This document shows, one piece after another, positions 49,591-58,382 of a DNA stretch of 64,000 nt (its first letter is position 1; the number at the start of each line of letters is the position of its first letter). The notes below the pieces were generated by a model. That model made no database searches, was not told the DNA's origin, and saw nothing but the letters and a program-made list of their open reading frames with translations. The stretch is from a bacterium. Its GTDB lineage: Bacteria; Patescibacteriota; Patescibacteriia; S139-126. The position numbers and the translations under genes are program-made. The stretch covers positions 19,873 through 83,872 of the forward strand of contig DAOUWZ010000003.1 in NCBI GenBank assembly GCA_030666865.1, in the 5' to 3' direction.

Positions 49591-50754
49591 ATGGTTGAAA
49601 TAGTTAATATAATAAGTAGTATGACGACTGAAACAAAATTTAATTTTGAGAATGAGAAAGAGAAGAAACCAGAGTGGCTGGAAAAAGTAAGGGAATATTA
49701 TGGAGGGGAGGTTCATTCTCATAGTAGGTGGAGTGATCGGGGCGAGGTAGAAGGGGGAGGAGAAGAAAAGGTGATCCATAGTGAAACGCGCTTATTAGAG
49801 TATGCTGATAAGTTGGGTTTGAATTTTGTGGTTTTTTCAGAACATGCTTCTGATCCTGGAAATCCGGTTAAACTTCCAGAATCACATCCGATTTGCCAGT
49901 CTTTACTTAAAGAGAAGGAGAGAATTGATGAGATTAATTTATCAGGTAAATATAAAGTCCAGGCTTTTTCAGCTGTTGAGGCCAGTATTTTTTTTGATGA
50001 AACAGGTGAAACGATAATTGACGTGCCTGATTCTATTTTACATAAATTGAATTTGGTTGTTGCTTCGCGGCATACTATTGCAGAACAACTTGAGCCAACC
50101 AAGATAAAGGAATCATTATTGGCTGCGGTAAATAATTTTGAGGTTGATATCATTGGCCATCCTTATAGGTATATTGAATTTTACAAGCACGACTGGAACT
50201 ATTTTAAAAAATATTGGCGAAAGGATCCAGATACATATGCAGAGTTAGAAGAGTTGGAAAGTAACAAACAGTGGGATTTAATAAAACAAATTATCGGAAA
50301 GGAAGATATAAAGAATAATGAAAGGATAAAAGAGCTTAATGAATTATTCTTGCAACTAAAAGATGAATATTGGCAAGTCTGGGATGAGACCTTAATGTCA
50401 ATGGAAAAAAACGGCAAAGCGTTTGAGATTAATCTAAGTATTTTTGATCCATCCAAGGAGTTTTATCGTTCTTTATTAGAGAGAGCTTCTGGATATCAAA
50501 ATCTAAATTTTTCTATTAGTTATGATTTTCATAATTTAGAGAAATTGGCCAATTTAAATAATAAGGGCAGTGTTACTGAGAAACCAGCTGATATAAAAAA
50601 TCTTGGTAGAAGTAAAGCAGTGCAGAGATTGCTTGATTTGATCAGTTTACTAGAGTCTTTGAATATCGGATCAGATAAAATAATAAATTCTTCCAGTGAA
50701 AATTTAGAGGAGTTTATTGAAGAAAGAAATAAGAAAAAAAGGAGTATTTATTAG
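49591..50754 (+). CDS. PHP-domain metal-dependent phosphoesterase-like protein
   Basis: VHSHSRWSDRGE (HxH...S.DG) and IIGHPYRY match PHP motifs I and IV. Confidence 0.45.
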   Translation: MVEIVNIISSMTTETKFNFENEKEKKPEWLEKVREYYGGEVHSHSRWSDRGEVEGGGEEKVIHSETRLLEYADKLGLNFVVFSEHASDPGNPVKLPESHPICQSLLKEKERIDEINLSGKYKVQAFSAVEASIFFDETGETIIDVPDSILHKLNLVVASRHTIAEQLEPTKIKESLLAAVNNFEVDIIGHPYRYIEFYKHDWNYFKKYWRKDPDTYAELEELESNKQWDLIKQIIGKEDIKNNERIKELNELFLQLKDEYWQVWDETLMSMEKNGKAFEINLSIFDPSKEFYRSLLERASGYQNLNFSISYDFHNLEKLANLNNKGSVTEKPADIKNLGRSKAVQRLLDLISLLESLNIGSDKIINSSSENLEEFIEERNKKKRSIY

Positions 50755-50788
50755 AAAGAAGTTAAGTCTAACTTTTTTATGGGATTAG

Positions 50789-52375
50789 TTGGAAGCTATC
50801 TTGCAACCGCAGAATAATCTTATTTTTATTATTAATATGAAAAAAACGCTAATAATATGTTGTCTAATAATTGGAGTGCTGGCCGTGGTGATTGTTTTAC
50901 TATTTCTTAATACAGAAAAAAATATGACTAAGACAAACAATAATTCAGCTGAAATCATTCGTTACCCGGCTGTGGCCGGACAATTTTATCCTGCACAAAA
51001 GAGTGAAATAGCAGAGCAATTGCAAGCTGATTTACAATCAACAAAAGATATTCAGTTTGATTATAAACCGCGTATCTTATTAGTCCCTCATGCCGGTTAT
51101 ATTTATTCTGGTCAGGTGATGGCTGCTGGTTTTAAAACTATTGAAAGCATTGATTATCATCGCGTAATAATTTTGGGAGTTAGTCATAATTATTCATTTG
51201 ACGGAATAGCCGCTTCCTCGGCTGATATCTGGCAAACACCTTTGGGAGCTATTTCAGTTGATCAAAGTTTCATTGATGAACTTATCAATCAAAATGAAGA
51301 AGTTTTTAAAAATGACGAATATCATAGACCAGAACATAGTTTAGAAGTTGAGATTCCTTGGTTGCAGAGTTTAATAAAAAATAATTTCAAAGTAGTGCCT
51401 TTGCTTTTAGGTAATGATGAGCAGGCTGTCCTGGCTAATTTAGCTAAAACTTTAAGTGATTTATGGGATGACGACACTTTATTAGTTATTAGTTCTGATT
51501 TATCTCATTATCCCCCGTATAAGATAGCCAGGGAGGTGGATAACAAAATACTTGATGCCATAGTAAGCGGCAAGGTGGATAATTTTTATGATACTTATGC
51601 TTGGTTAGAAGAAAATTTTTCCAATACCGCAGATACTTTTGCTTGTGGTCATGCCGCTATTGCTGTTGGTATGATGTTAGCCGAAGATAAGTCGTTTTTT
51701 GGAAAATTGTTAGCTTACGCAAATTCTGGCGATGTGTCTTTCGGTGATAAAGATAGAGTGGTTGGTTATGGGGCAGTTGTTTTTGGAAATGGCAATCAAA
51801 TTTTTACGGCTGATAATTTGGATAGGGATTTGACTGGCACTGAACAGAATTTAGCTTTGAAATTTTCTCGTGCCGTGCTTGAAAATTATTATTTTAGCAA
51901 AGATAATTTGCTTGATTTAAGCGCTTATCCAGTTTTTCAAACTGAACGAGGAGTATTTGTTACTTTAAGGGATAAAAGAAGTCATGGTTTAAGAGGTTGT
52001 ATTGGTAATATTATTCCTACCAGTATATTGGCAGATAATATTAAAGAGATGTCTATCGCTGCTGCTACTAATGATCCTAGGTTTCAAAGCGTAACCGCAG
52101 ATGAATTGGATCAGATCAGTATAGAGGTATCTGTTTTATCGCCTATGCGATTAATTCAAACTCCAGATGAAATAGAATTAGGGAAACATGGTGTGCTTAT
52201 TAAGCAAGGATTTAGAACCGGAGTATTCCTGCCTCAAGTAGCAACTGAAACCGGTTGGGATTTGGAAATTTTTATGTCAAAATTATGCACAGATAAAGCG
52301 GGGATAGAGGCTACTGCATGGCAAACTGGTCAGGCGGAAATATATGTTTTTACCGCACAAGTATTTGGTGAATAA
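50789..52375 (+). CDS. AmmeMemoRadiSam system fusion protein: MEMO1-family (AmmeMemoSam_B) + AMMECR1 (AmmeMemoSam_A), with N-terminal TM anchor
   Basis: Memo signature RYPAVAGQFYP ... RILLVPHAGYIYSG. C-terminal AMMECR1 signature GVFVTLRDKRSHGLRGCIGN. The probable start is MKKTLIICCLIIG at 50837. Confidence 0.75.
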   Translation: MEAILQPQNNLIFIINMKKTLIICCLIIGVLAVVIVLLFLNTEKNMTKTNNNSAEIIRYPAVAGQFYPAQKSEIAEQLQADLQSTKDIQFDYKPRILLVPHAGYIYSGQVMAAGFKTIESIDYHRVIILGVSHNYSFDGIAASSADIWQTPLGAISVDQSFIDELINQNEEVFKNDEYHRPEHSLEVEIPWLQSLIKNNFKVVPLLLGNDEQAVLANLAKTLSDLWDDDTLLVISSDLSHYPPYKIAREVDNKILDAIVSGKVDNFYDTYAWLEENFSNTADTFACGHAAIAVGMMLAEDKSFFGKLLAYANSGDVSFGDKDRVVGYGAVVFGNGNQIFTADNLDRDLTGTEQNLALKFSRAVLENYYFSKDNLLDLSAYPVFQTERGVFVTLRDKRSHGLRGCIGNIIPTSILADNIKEMSIAAATNDPRFQSVTADELDQISIEVSVLSPMRLIQTPDEIELGKHGVLIKQGFRTGVFLPQVATETGWDLEIFMSKLCTDKAGIEATAWQTGQAEIYVFTAQVFGE

Positions 52376-52380
52376 ATTTT

Positions 52381-53421
52381 ATGAAAGAATGTATTAATTA
52401 TAAAAAGAATAATGACAGTACTCTCAAATGTGAAGCGTGTAACCATTTTTGTTTAATCCAAGAAGGCAAAGTTGGAGTTTGCGGTATTCGTCAGAACCAA
52501 AACGGCAAGCTATATTTATTGGCGTACGGCAAGGCAGTAGCAGCGCAAATTGATCCAGTTGAAAAAAAACCTTTATTTCATTTTTTACCTGGGGCAAAGG
52601 TTTTTTCTTTTGGTACGGTTGGTTGTAATTTTCGCTGTTTAAATTGTCAGAATCACGACATTTCACAAATGTTTGAGAATAAAGGGAATATTAATGATTA
52701 TGATAAAATTTTTTGGGGTAGAAAATTAAGTCCAGCGGAAATTGTTGATGCCGCCATAGCCAATAATTGTGTAGGTATTGCTTATACTTACAATGAGCCA
52801 ACAGTTTGGATGGAATATGCTTTAGATACTATGAAACTGGCTAAAGAAAAATCTTTGAAAAATATTTGGGTTTCCAATGGTTATATGTCTGTTCAGACCA
52901 GGGAGATGATAGAACCTTATTTAGATGCTATTAATATAGATATTAAGTCTTATGATCCAGATTTTTATCGCCGTATTACTGGAGCGACATTGAAACCGGT
53001 GCTTGATAATTGCCGTTATTTTGCCAAGCAGTCAAATGTCTGGTTGGAAATTACCACTTTGATAATTCCTACCCTGTCCGATCAAGAGGAAATGCTTAAT
53101 GGTTTAGTCAAGTTTATCAAAAAAGAGTTAGGCGCTGATGTTCCATGGCATGTCAGCGCTTTTTCTGGCAGTATTTCTTGGCGGTTGCAGAATTTGCCTG
53201 ACACTCAACCAGAATCTGTTAATAAAGTGTATGAGATAGGCAAGAAAGCTGGGCTTGATTATGTTTATACAGGTAATTTATGGCAGAACGGACAAGAAAA
53301 TACTTATTGCCCTAAATGTGGCGAGTTGATTATAGAACGTCGGGGTTATGATATTATTAGGTATGATAGACAAGGAAAGTGCGGGGTTTGTAATCATAAC
53401 TTAGCTGGGATTTTTTTGTGA
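52381..53421 (+). CDS. AmmeMemoRadiSam system radical SAM enzyme (PFL-activase-like)
   Basis: Radical SAM motif GCNFRCLNCQNH. Additional Cys clusters at the N-terminus (CEACNHFC) and C-terminus (CPKCG...CGVCNH). Adjacent to the Memo-AMMECR1 gene. Confidence 0.8.
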   Translation: MKECINYKKNNDSTLKCEACNHFCLIQEGKVGVCGIRQNQNGKLYLLAYGKAVAAQIDPVEKKPLFHFLPGAKVFSFGTVGCNFRCLNCQNHDISQMFENKGNINDYDKIFWGRKLSPAEIVDAAIANNCVGIAYTYNEPTVWMEYALDTMKLAKEKSLKNIWVSNGYMSVQTREMIEPYLDAINIDIKSYDPDFYRRITGATLKPVLDNCRYFAKQSNVWLEITTLIIPTLSDQEEMLNGLVKFIKKELGADVPWHVSAFSGSISWRLQNLPDTQPESVNKVYEIGKKAGLDYVYTGNLWQNGQENTYCPKCGELIIERRGYDIIRYDRQGKCGVCNHNLAGIFL

Positions 53422-53904
53422 AATAAAAAAATTCCTGGCCAGTTTAATTACAGCAGATAAAACCCATCCTGTTCCTAAAATTAGATTTATCCAAGAAGAT
53501 AATCTAGAGAAATTCCTTTTTGATAATTTAGTAAAATGGCAAGAAGAAATTATTTTTGGTGATGGAATTTGGTGGGGTTTTCAAAATCAAAATTTTGCCG
53601 ATACTTATGAAAAATGGATTGATTTTACTTGGAAAACTAAACAATGTAAAGATCCAAATTACAAAATCCAATTTTTTAGTAATCAAACAAAAATTGAACA
53701 AAAATTAAGTAGTAAGTATGCTAAAAAAAGAGAAGTTAGATTTATGGAAGAAACAAATTTTACTGCCAACACTTGGGTGTGCGGTGATTATTTAATTTTA
53801 ATTTCTACTCATCAACGTCCTTTTTATTTAATTGAAATCCATGACGCAATGTTAGCGTATAATATTAGGGAACTATTTAAAAAACTTTGGGACATTGGTG
53901 TTAA
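53406..53904 (+). pseudogene. About 160-codon coding region without an ATG start, split by a frameshift in an A-run near 53697-53707
   Basis: Frame 2 is open over 53405-53704 (…FGDGIWWGFQNQNFADTYEKWIDFTWKTKQCKDPNYKIQFFSNQTKIEQN*) with no Met. It continues in frame 1 (KLSSKYAKKREVRFMEETNFTANTWVCGDYLILISTHQRPFYLIEIHDAM…) up to the TAA at 53902-53904. Gaining one A in the caaaat run would fuse the two frames. Confidence 0.35.
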
Positions 53905-53946
53905 ATAGTATTTACTCATTATATTTTAAATTTTAACGTGGTAAGC

Positions 53947-53972
53947 TTGTTACGTAGCATATTATGTAACAA
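53947..53972. repeat. Imperfect copy (TTGTTACGTAGCATATTATGTAACAA) of the 26-nt palindrome at 14001-14026
   Basis: Shares the 17-nt AGCTTGTTACGTAGCAT with 13996-14012. Also lies in a convergent intergenic region, next to a hairpin terminator (53978-54005). Confidence 0.75.
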
Positions 53973-54139
53973 AAAAATCTCTCAAGATTCTTGGGAGATT
54001 TTTTGATCCCGCCTATGCCTTTAGGGCTACGGCGGGCGCGGTGGGGTGGTAAGCAAAATTTTATTATAACTAGTGATATTTTAGGGAATGGGGGTTGGAG
54101 TGGTTATTACAGAGTAGGATTAAGGGAATTGAAAAAGTA

Positions 54140-54439
54140 TTAATTTTCTACATTAAATTTCATTTTATTAATATCTTCCAAAAAATCCAATGTTGATTTA
54201 ACCGAAAGGCCTTGAGTATTTTTTAAGATAACCCTATCACCAAATTTATTAATCAAAGAACTTAAAAATTCATCACCCCAAGAAGGAGAAAAAACATCAA
54301 CCCCATCAAAATCAACTTCTATTTTCTCGTCATTTTGTATATCTTTTAAAGACGGCAAAAAAGCAGCAAAGGCTTCTTTGCCAAGCATTCTGCCGTTCAA
54401 TAATGTTCCAAATTTTTTTAAATAAATAGTCATAAGCAA
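54140..54439 (-). CDS. DUF4325 / STAS-like small protein (partner of the adjacent GHKL ATPase)
   Basis: 99 aa. KIEVDFDGVDVFSPSWGDEFL pattern. Small proteins of this type are characteristically adjacent to histidine-kinase-like ATPases. Confidence 0.5.
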   Translation of the reverse strand: MLMTIYLKKFGTLLNGRMLGKEAFAAFLPSLKDIQNDEKIEVDFDGVDVFSPSWGDEFLSSLINKFGDRVILKNTQGLSVKSTLDFLEDINKMKFNVEN

Positions 54440-54514
54440 AGCTTCGTTTCTTCGTTCGCTCGAAAGTATAAGAGCACTAGCTCTTATACTTTACTCGCTT
54501 ACTTGAAAATAAAA

Positions 54515-55249
54515 TTAAAATTGAATTAATGCCAAACATCCACAAAGTTTGACTGATGATTTTTTAATATTTAAATCAATATCACCTTTTTTTATTTCAA
54601 GTTTAGCATCACCAGTTTGAAAAAATAATTTTATTTCGTTATTAATTACTGTTTTTTTTACATATTTCAAACCATTCCCCCTTGACTCTGGGGAACGACC
54701 AGAAATAATTTCAGTAAATGCAGTTTCTATAGCATCTAAATGATTATTTAATTCTGGTTTAACTTTTTTTAAAGTTTTTAAGATACCTTGACCTCTATCC
54801 GCTAAAACAATTTTTCTTTTTTTAAAATCATAAGCAAAAAATATCCCCATAATATCCGGCCAATTACCAAAATTATGGGCAAAAGAATTATCGCCAATTT
54901 CACCGGCTATACTGGTAATTGAAAAGTAGTTGTCTTTTAAGTTTTCTATTTTGCTCAATTCATTTCTTAATTTAGTTAATCGTGCTTGAAAAGCAGAAGT
55001 GTCTTTACAATAAAGATCATATCGCGGCTCAATTCCCGATTTATCTAAAACCCAACTCTTTGCCATTTTAAATATATCTTTTAAATTATTTTTTATATAT
55101 TCGTCAATATCTTCTTTTTTATAATAGCGATAATTATTTTTTCCGCGTATCGAAACTAGACGACCACTGTCATCCCAGCGACGCAAAGTTTGAGAATTAA
55201 CCCCAAGCATTTCAGATGCTTTTTTTATTGTAATTAAGTTAATATTCAT
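54515..55249 (-). CDS. MerR-type HTH fused to an RsbW/SpoIIAB-like GHKL serine-kinase ATPase domain
   Basis: N-terminal HTH ITIKKASEMLGVNSQTLRRWDDSGRL. GHKL N-box GEIGDNSFAHN. G1 ADRGQGI. G2 SRGNGLKYV. Confidence 0.6.
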   Translation of the reverse strand: MNINLITIKKASEMLGVNSQTLRRWDDSGRLVSIRGKNNYRYYKKEDIDEYIKNNLKDIFKMAKSWVLDKSGIEPRYDLYCKDTSAFQARLTKLRNELSKIENLKDNYFSITSIAGEIGDNSFAHNFGNWPDIMGIFFAYDFKKRKIVLADRGQGILKTLKKVKPELNNHLDAIETAFTEIISGRSPESRGNGLKYVKKTVINNEIKLFFQTGDAKLEIKKGDIDLNIKKSSVKLCGCLALIQF

Positions 55250-55251
55250 AA

Positions 55252-55326
55252 ACTTTATACAAATTTAATCAAACCTTATACATTTTTATTATAAACCTTA
55301 TACAAAATTTTGTCAACCTTATACAT
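55252..55326. promoter_or_regulatory. Four direct 11-mer repeats (AACCTTATACA; the first is degenerate) at 21-22-bp spacing upstream of the MerR-GHKL gene. Iteron/operator-like.
   Basis: CCTTATACA at 55274-82, 55296-304 and 55317-25. CTTTATACA at 55253-61. Confidence 0.6.
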
Positions 55327-55502
55327 TTTTATATTATAAAAATTAATAAAAACGAGGCTGTAAACCTCGTTTGGTGAATGTCAGAAAGAATCTTGTCAGA
55401 TAGAGAGTATATGGTTAATGTTAAAGAAAATGTATTAGCGATAAGTAATTATAAAAAAGGCAGTCAGTTGATGCTGACTGCCAATAAACCTATTTTTTAA
55501 AA

Positions 55503-55610
55503 AAATGTGGCGAGATGATTATAGAACGTCGGGGTTATGATATTATTAGGTATGATAGACAAGGAAAGTGCGGGGTTTGTAATAATAACTTAGCTGGGAT
55601 TTTTTTGTGA
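55503..55610 (+). repeat. 108-bp direct repeat duplicating the last 108 bp of the radical SAM gene (copy 1 at 53314-53421). att-like insertion scar.
   Basis: 106 of 108 identical (gagTtg versus gagAtg; aatCat versus aatAat). Includes the stop codon. Flanks a 2081-bp insert. Confidence 0.85.
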
Positions 55611-56265
55611 ATATATCACCTGCCCGCTAGTGCCAGGTATGGAAGACGGGGAAATTATGCCTCGTTTATATTTGTTTTTTTGTCTTACGGAAATTAAGGC
55701 AGTTTTTTTAAATTAAAACATCTCTATATTTAACTCTAGAGATAACTCTAGAGATGTGTTACTGATAATAATAAAACCTCTGACAAAAGCCAGAGGTTTT
55801 ATTATGGGGTGGCTAGAGGGAATTACGCCTCACCCGCTATCGCGGAATCGTTGCCCTGGGTACCAAATAATCCTGCACTTCCGCCAGTTGGCGGATCAGA
55901 TTATTTGTCACTCGCTTCGTCGCTGACACTCCTTGCTCGTTCGTACCCGTTCGATTCCCACAACTAATCATCTAATTAAAAAACCATCAGCATAAAGCTA
56001 ATGATTTTTTAATGGGGTCAGGAACTGACCGCTCTTATAACTTTATTTGAAGATCGGCCGTATATGACCATGTTAAAGGAAAAAATTGCAATAATCAAGA
56101 AAGTTCAGAAAGAATATAATTATTATCCCGCTAATTAGAGATGGGGAGTTTGTTGCCCCGTTTCTGCCCACTGTGTGCCCGTGTGGCGAGCGGTTGGGAG
56201 GAAATAAGAGATTAACACCTAAGAAACGAGATTGAGAGAATTTAAATGATTTGTGAGTAGATTAA
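55611..56265. other. 655-bp non-coding, hairpin-rich region with GC-rich blocks. Candidate origin of replication or structured ncRNA adjacent to the PrimPol-helicase operon.
   Basis: No ORF of 60 aa or more. GC-rich block 55803-55965 in a 30% GC genome. Tandem AACTCTAGAGAT x2 (55732-55755) with the palindromic core CTCTAGAG. Hairpins at 55778-55800 and 56140-56160. A T-loop-like GTTCGATTCC at 55948-55957. Confidence 0.4.
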
Positions 56266-58377
56266 TTATTTTCCGTAATTATAATTTTTTTTATAATATT
56301 TTAACCTCTTCTTAAACATTCTCTCCAAATACTCAATTTCTTTGTCCCTATAATCATAAACAGTCTTTCTGACTTTATCGCTATGAAGTAGCCGGCCGAC
56401 ATATTGAGTTAGTTTGCCTTCAAAAGAAAAAGGATAAATCAAAAATAAACAATTTAAGTTATTAAAATGAGTGCCTTCACCGAGCAGTTGGCCAGTGGCA
56501 ATAATAATTTGAAAATGACCTGATTCAATTTGTTTGACCTTTTCTTGTTTTTTCTTTGGAGTTAAATCGCCAATTAAAGTAATAACTTCAAAATCCCTTT
56601 TTAAATAAGCGTTCATGATTTGAACATGGTCTTTACGTTCTGTTAAAACTAAACATTTTTTCCCTTTATTGGCTTCCTTCTTAATATTTTCAGCGATTAA
56701 CTCGTTTCTTTGTGAGTCAAAGGTAATAATTTTTGCAAGAAGTTGATAATCTTCCGTTTTAATTTTATATGGAAACTGAATTTTAGTGTCATTAATAATA
56801 ATTTTAACTTTTGCATTTTTTGATTTTATTGTTTCAGTCTTAAAGTCTCTATTAACCTCATGAATTATTTGTCCAAGATAGACAAAGATTAATTTTTCAT
56901 CATTATGCTTTCTAATGGGTGTGGCTGTTAGTCCATAAAGATTATATGGATTAAATTGAGTAATTACCTGGCGAAACATTTTGGCTGGCATGTGATGACA
57001 CTCATCAACTAAAACTAATCCGAATTGATCTGATAATTTCTTCAAATCATTCATGCGAGTTAATGTTTGAATCATAGCGACTGTTATTGGGAGTTTAATT
57101 GATTTTTTGTTACTTCCAATCTGTCCGATTTTTCTTTTTGGAATTTGTAAAAAGTTTTCAATTCTTTCAATCCACTGATCATAAATTTGTTTGCGGTGAG
57201 TGATAATTAAGGCTGGCTGTTTTTTGTTGGCAATCAGGTCTAAAGCCATTATGGTTTTGCCAGAGCCAGGCGGTGCAACCAGAATTCCTTGATCTATGTT
57301 TTCAAAAGCCTCAACTGCTTCTTGTTGATAATCAAACAATTTAAAAGTTGATTTGTATTTTACTTCATCACATTTGTGTCGCTCATCATAAATTTTATAA
57401 GGAACATTATTATCATTGAGATATTGGGTCAACTCGTCAAGAAAACCTCGCGGAATTAATACATTATGGTCATCTTTAACTATGGTTTTAAAATATTTCT
57501 CTAATTGGTAAACCGATAACCCCATTTTTTGTTTGATAGCGTATTCATTATTGAAAAAATTTAATTCATCTGCTAAAAAATTAGATAATTGCTTATTAAT
57601 ATATTTTTTGGCTATTACAATATGAGAATTAATAATAATTGGTATGGCGTCTCCTTTATGTTTAAATTTTTTGGCCGTAGTTTTTTTATTTGAAAACTTT
57701 TCAAATAAATCATCCAATTTCTGAGTAGAAATTTTTTTAATCGAATTTAACAATTGCCATTGGTCATCTATTGGAGTAAAGTTGTTCTTAGGGTCAAGAA
57801 AAATACTATTGCTTTGTTGTCTTGATTTGCCTTGTAACGGCAAAGCTATTAAATTGCCCAATCCTTTGCCGCTATGGTAATCTTGGTTAGGAAATAATCT
57901 GTCAAAACTTTCTTCTTTTTCAAAATTGTCAATATTTTTAGATTCTTTGATTGAATGCAAAAATATTTTCCTTGATTTATAAGCAGGGTAAGCGCTGTCA
58001 AAAAACCACCAAACATGACCGCCATTGCCAGAACGAGATCTTTCAATGTAGGCTGATAAATTGTATTTATCGCCTTGCTTTAATAATCTCTTAACAGATT
58101 TTATCCAGTCTTTCCCATCAAAATCTGCAACCATAAACCAAGAACTATTATCTTGAAGCAACGGGTAAATGCCAATAGCTTTATACCCTCTTAAGTGCTT
58201 TTCGATAACATCGTTTGTCAACGGCGCTAGTTCTTTCTTGCTTCTGTCTTTGTGAACAGGAAAATATCCGCTGGCACTACCATCCCACTTCTCCCATCTT
58301 AAAGCATAAACATCGCTTCTACCCTGAAAAAGCGATGTAAATATTTTAATTTTTTGATCTGGGGTAAGATTAATCAT
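56266..58377 (-). CDS. Primase-polymerase (AEP/PrimPol-like) domain fused to an SF2 DExH helicase. Putative mobile-element replication or defence protein.
   Basis: N-terminal AEP motifs VADFDGKD (DxD) and SRSGNGGHVWWFF (sGxGxH). Helicase motif I APPGSGKT, motif II VLVDECHH, motif III LTATP. C-terminal helicase_C-like region. Confidence 0.55.
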   Translation of the reverse strand: MINLTPDQKIKIFTSLFQGRSDVYALRWEKWDGSASGYFPVHKDRSKKELAPLTNDVIEKHLRGYKAIGIYPLLQDNSSWFMVADFDGKDWIKSVKRLLKQGDKYNLSAYIERSRSGNGGHVWWFFDSAYPAYKSRKIFLHSIKESKNIDNFEKEESFDRLFPNQDYHSGKGLGNLIALPLQGKSRQQSNSIFLDPKNNFTPIDDQWQLLNSIKKISTQKLDDLFEKFSNKKTTAKKFKHKGDAIPIIINSHIVIAKKYINKQLSNFLADELNFFNNEYAIKQKMGLSVYQLEKYFKTIVKDDHNVLIPRGFLDELTQYLNDNNVPYKIYDERHKCDEVKYKSTFKLFDYQQEAVEAFENIDQGILVAPPGSGKTIMALDLIANKKQPALIITHRKQIYDQWIERIENFLQIPKRKIGQIGSNKKSIKLPITVAMIQTLTRMNDLKKLSDQFGLVLVDECHHMPAKMFRQVITQFNPYNLYGLTATPIRKHNDEKLIFVYLGQIIHEVNRDFKTETIKSKNAKVKIIINDTKIQFPYKIKTEDYQLLAKIITFDSQRNELIAENIKKEANKGKKCLVLTERKDHVQIMNAYLKRDFEVITLIGDLTPKKKQEKVKQIESGHFQIIIATGQLLGEGTHFNNLNCLFLIYPFSFEGKLTQYVGRLLHSDKVRKTVYDYRDKEIEYLERMFKKRLKYYKKNYNYGK

Positions 58378-58382
58378 AAAAA

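Noticed and set aside
49477-50456. Minus-strand ORFs 49477..49779, 49719..50153 and 50199..50456, and plus ORF 49826..50017
   Set aside because: Overlap the PHP-domain gene in other frames or strands. The PHP frame carries the recognisable motifs.
55803-55965. tmRNA, tRNA or RNase P identity for the GC-rich block containing GTTCGATTCC
   Set aside because: No acceptor stem, tag-peptide reading frame or P4-type conserved helices could be built by hand. The T-loop-like motif lacks a pairing T stem. Left as an unassigned structured or non-coding region.
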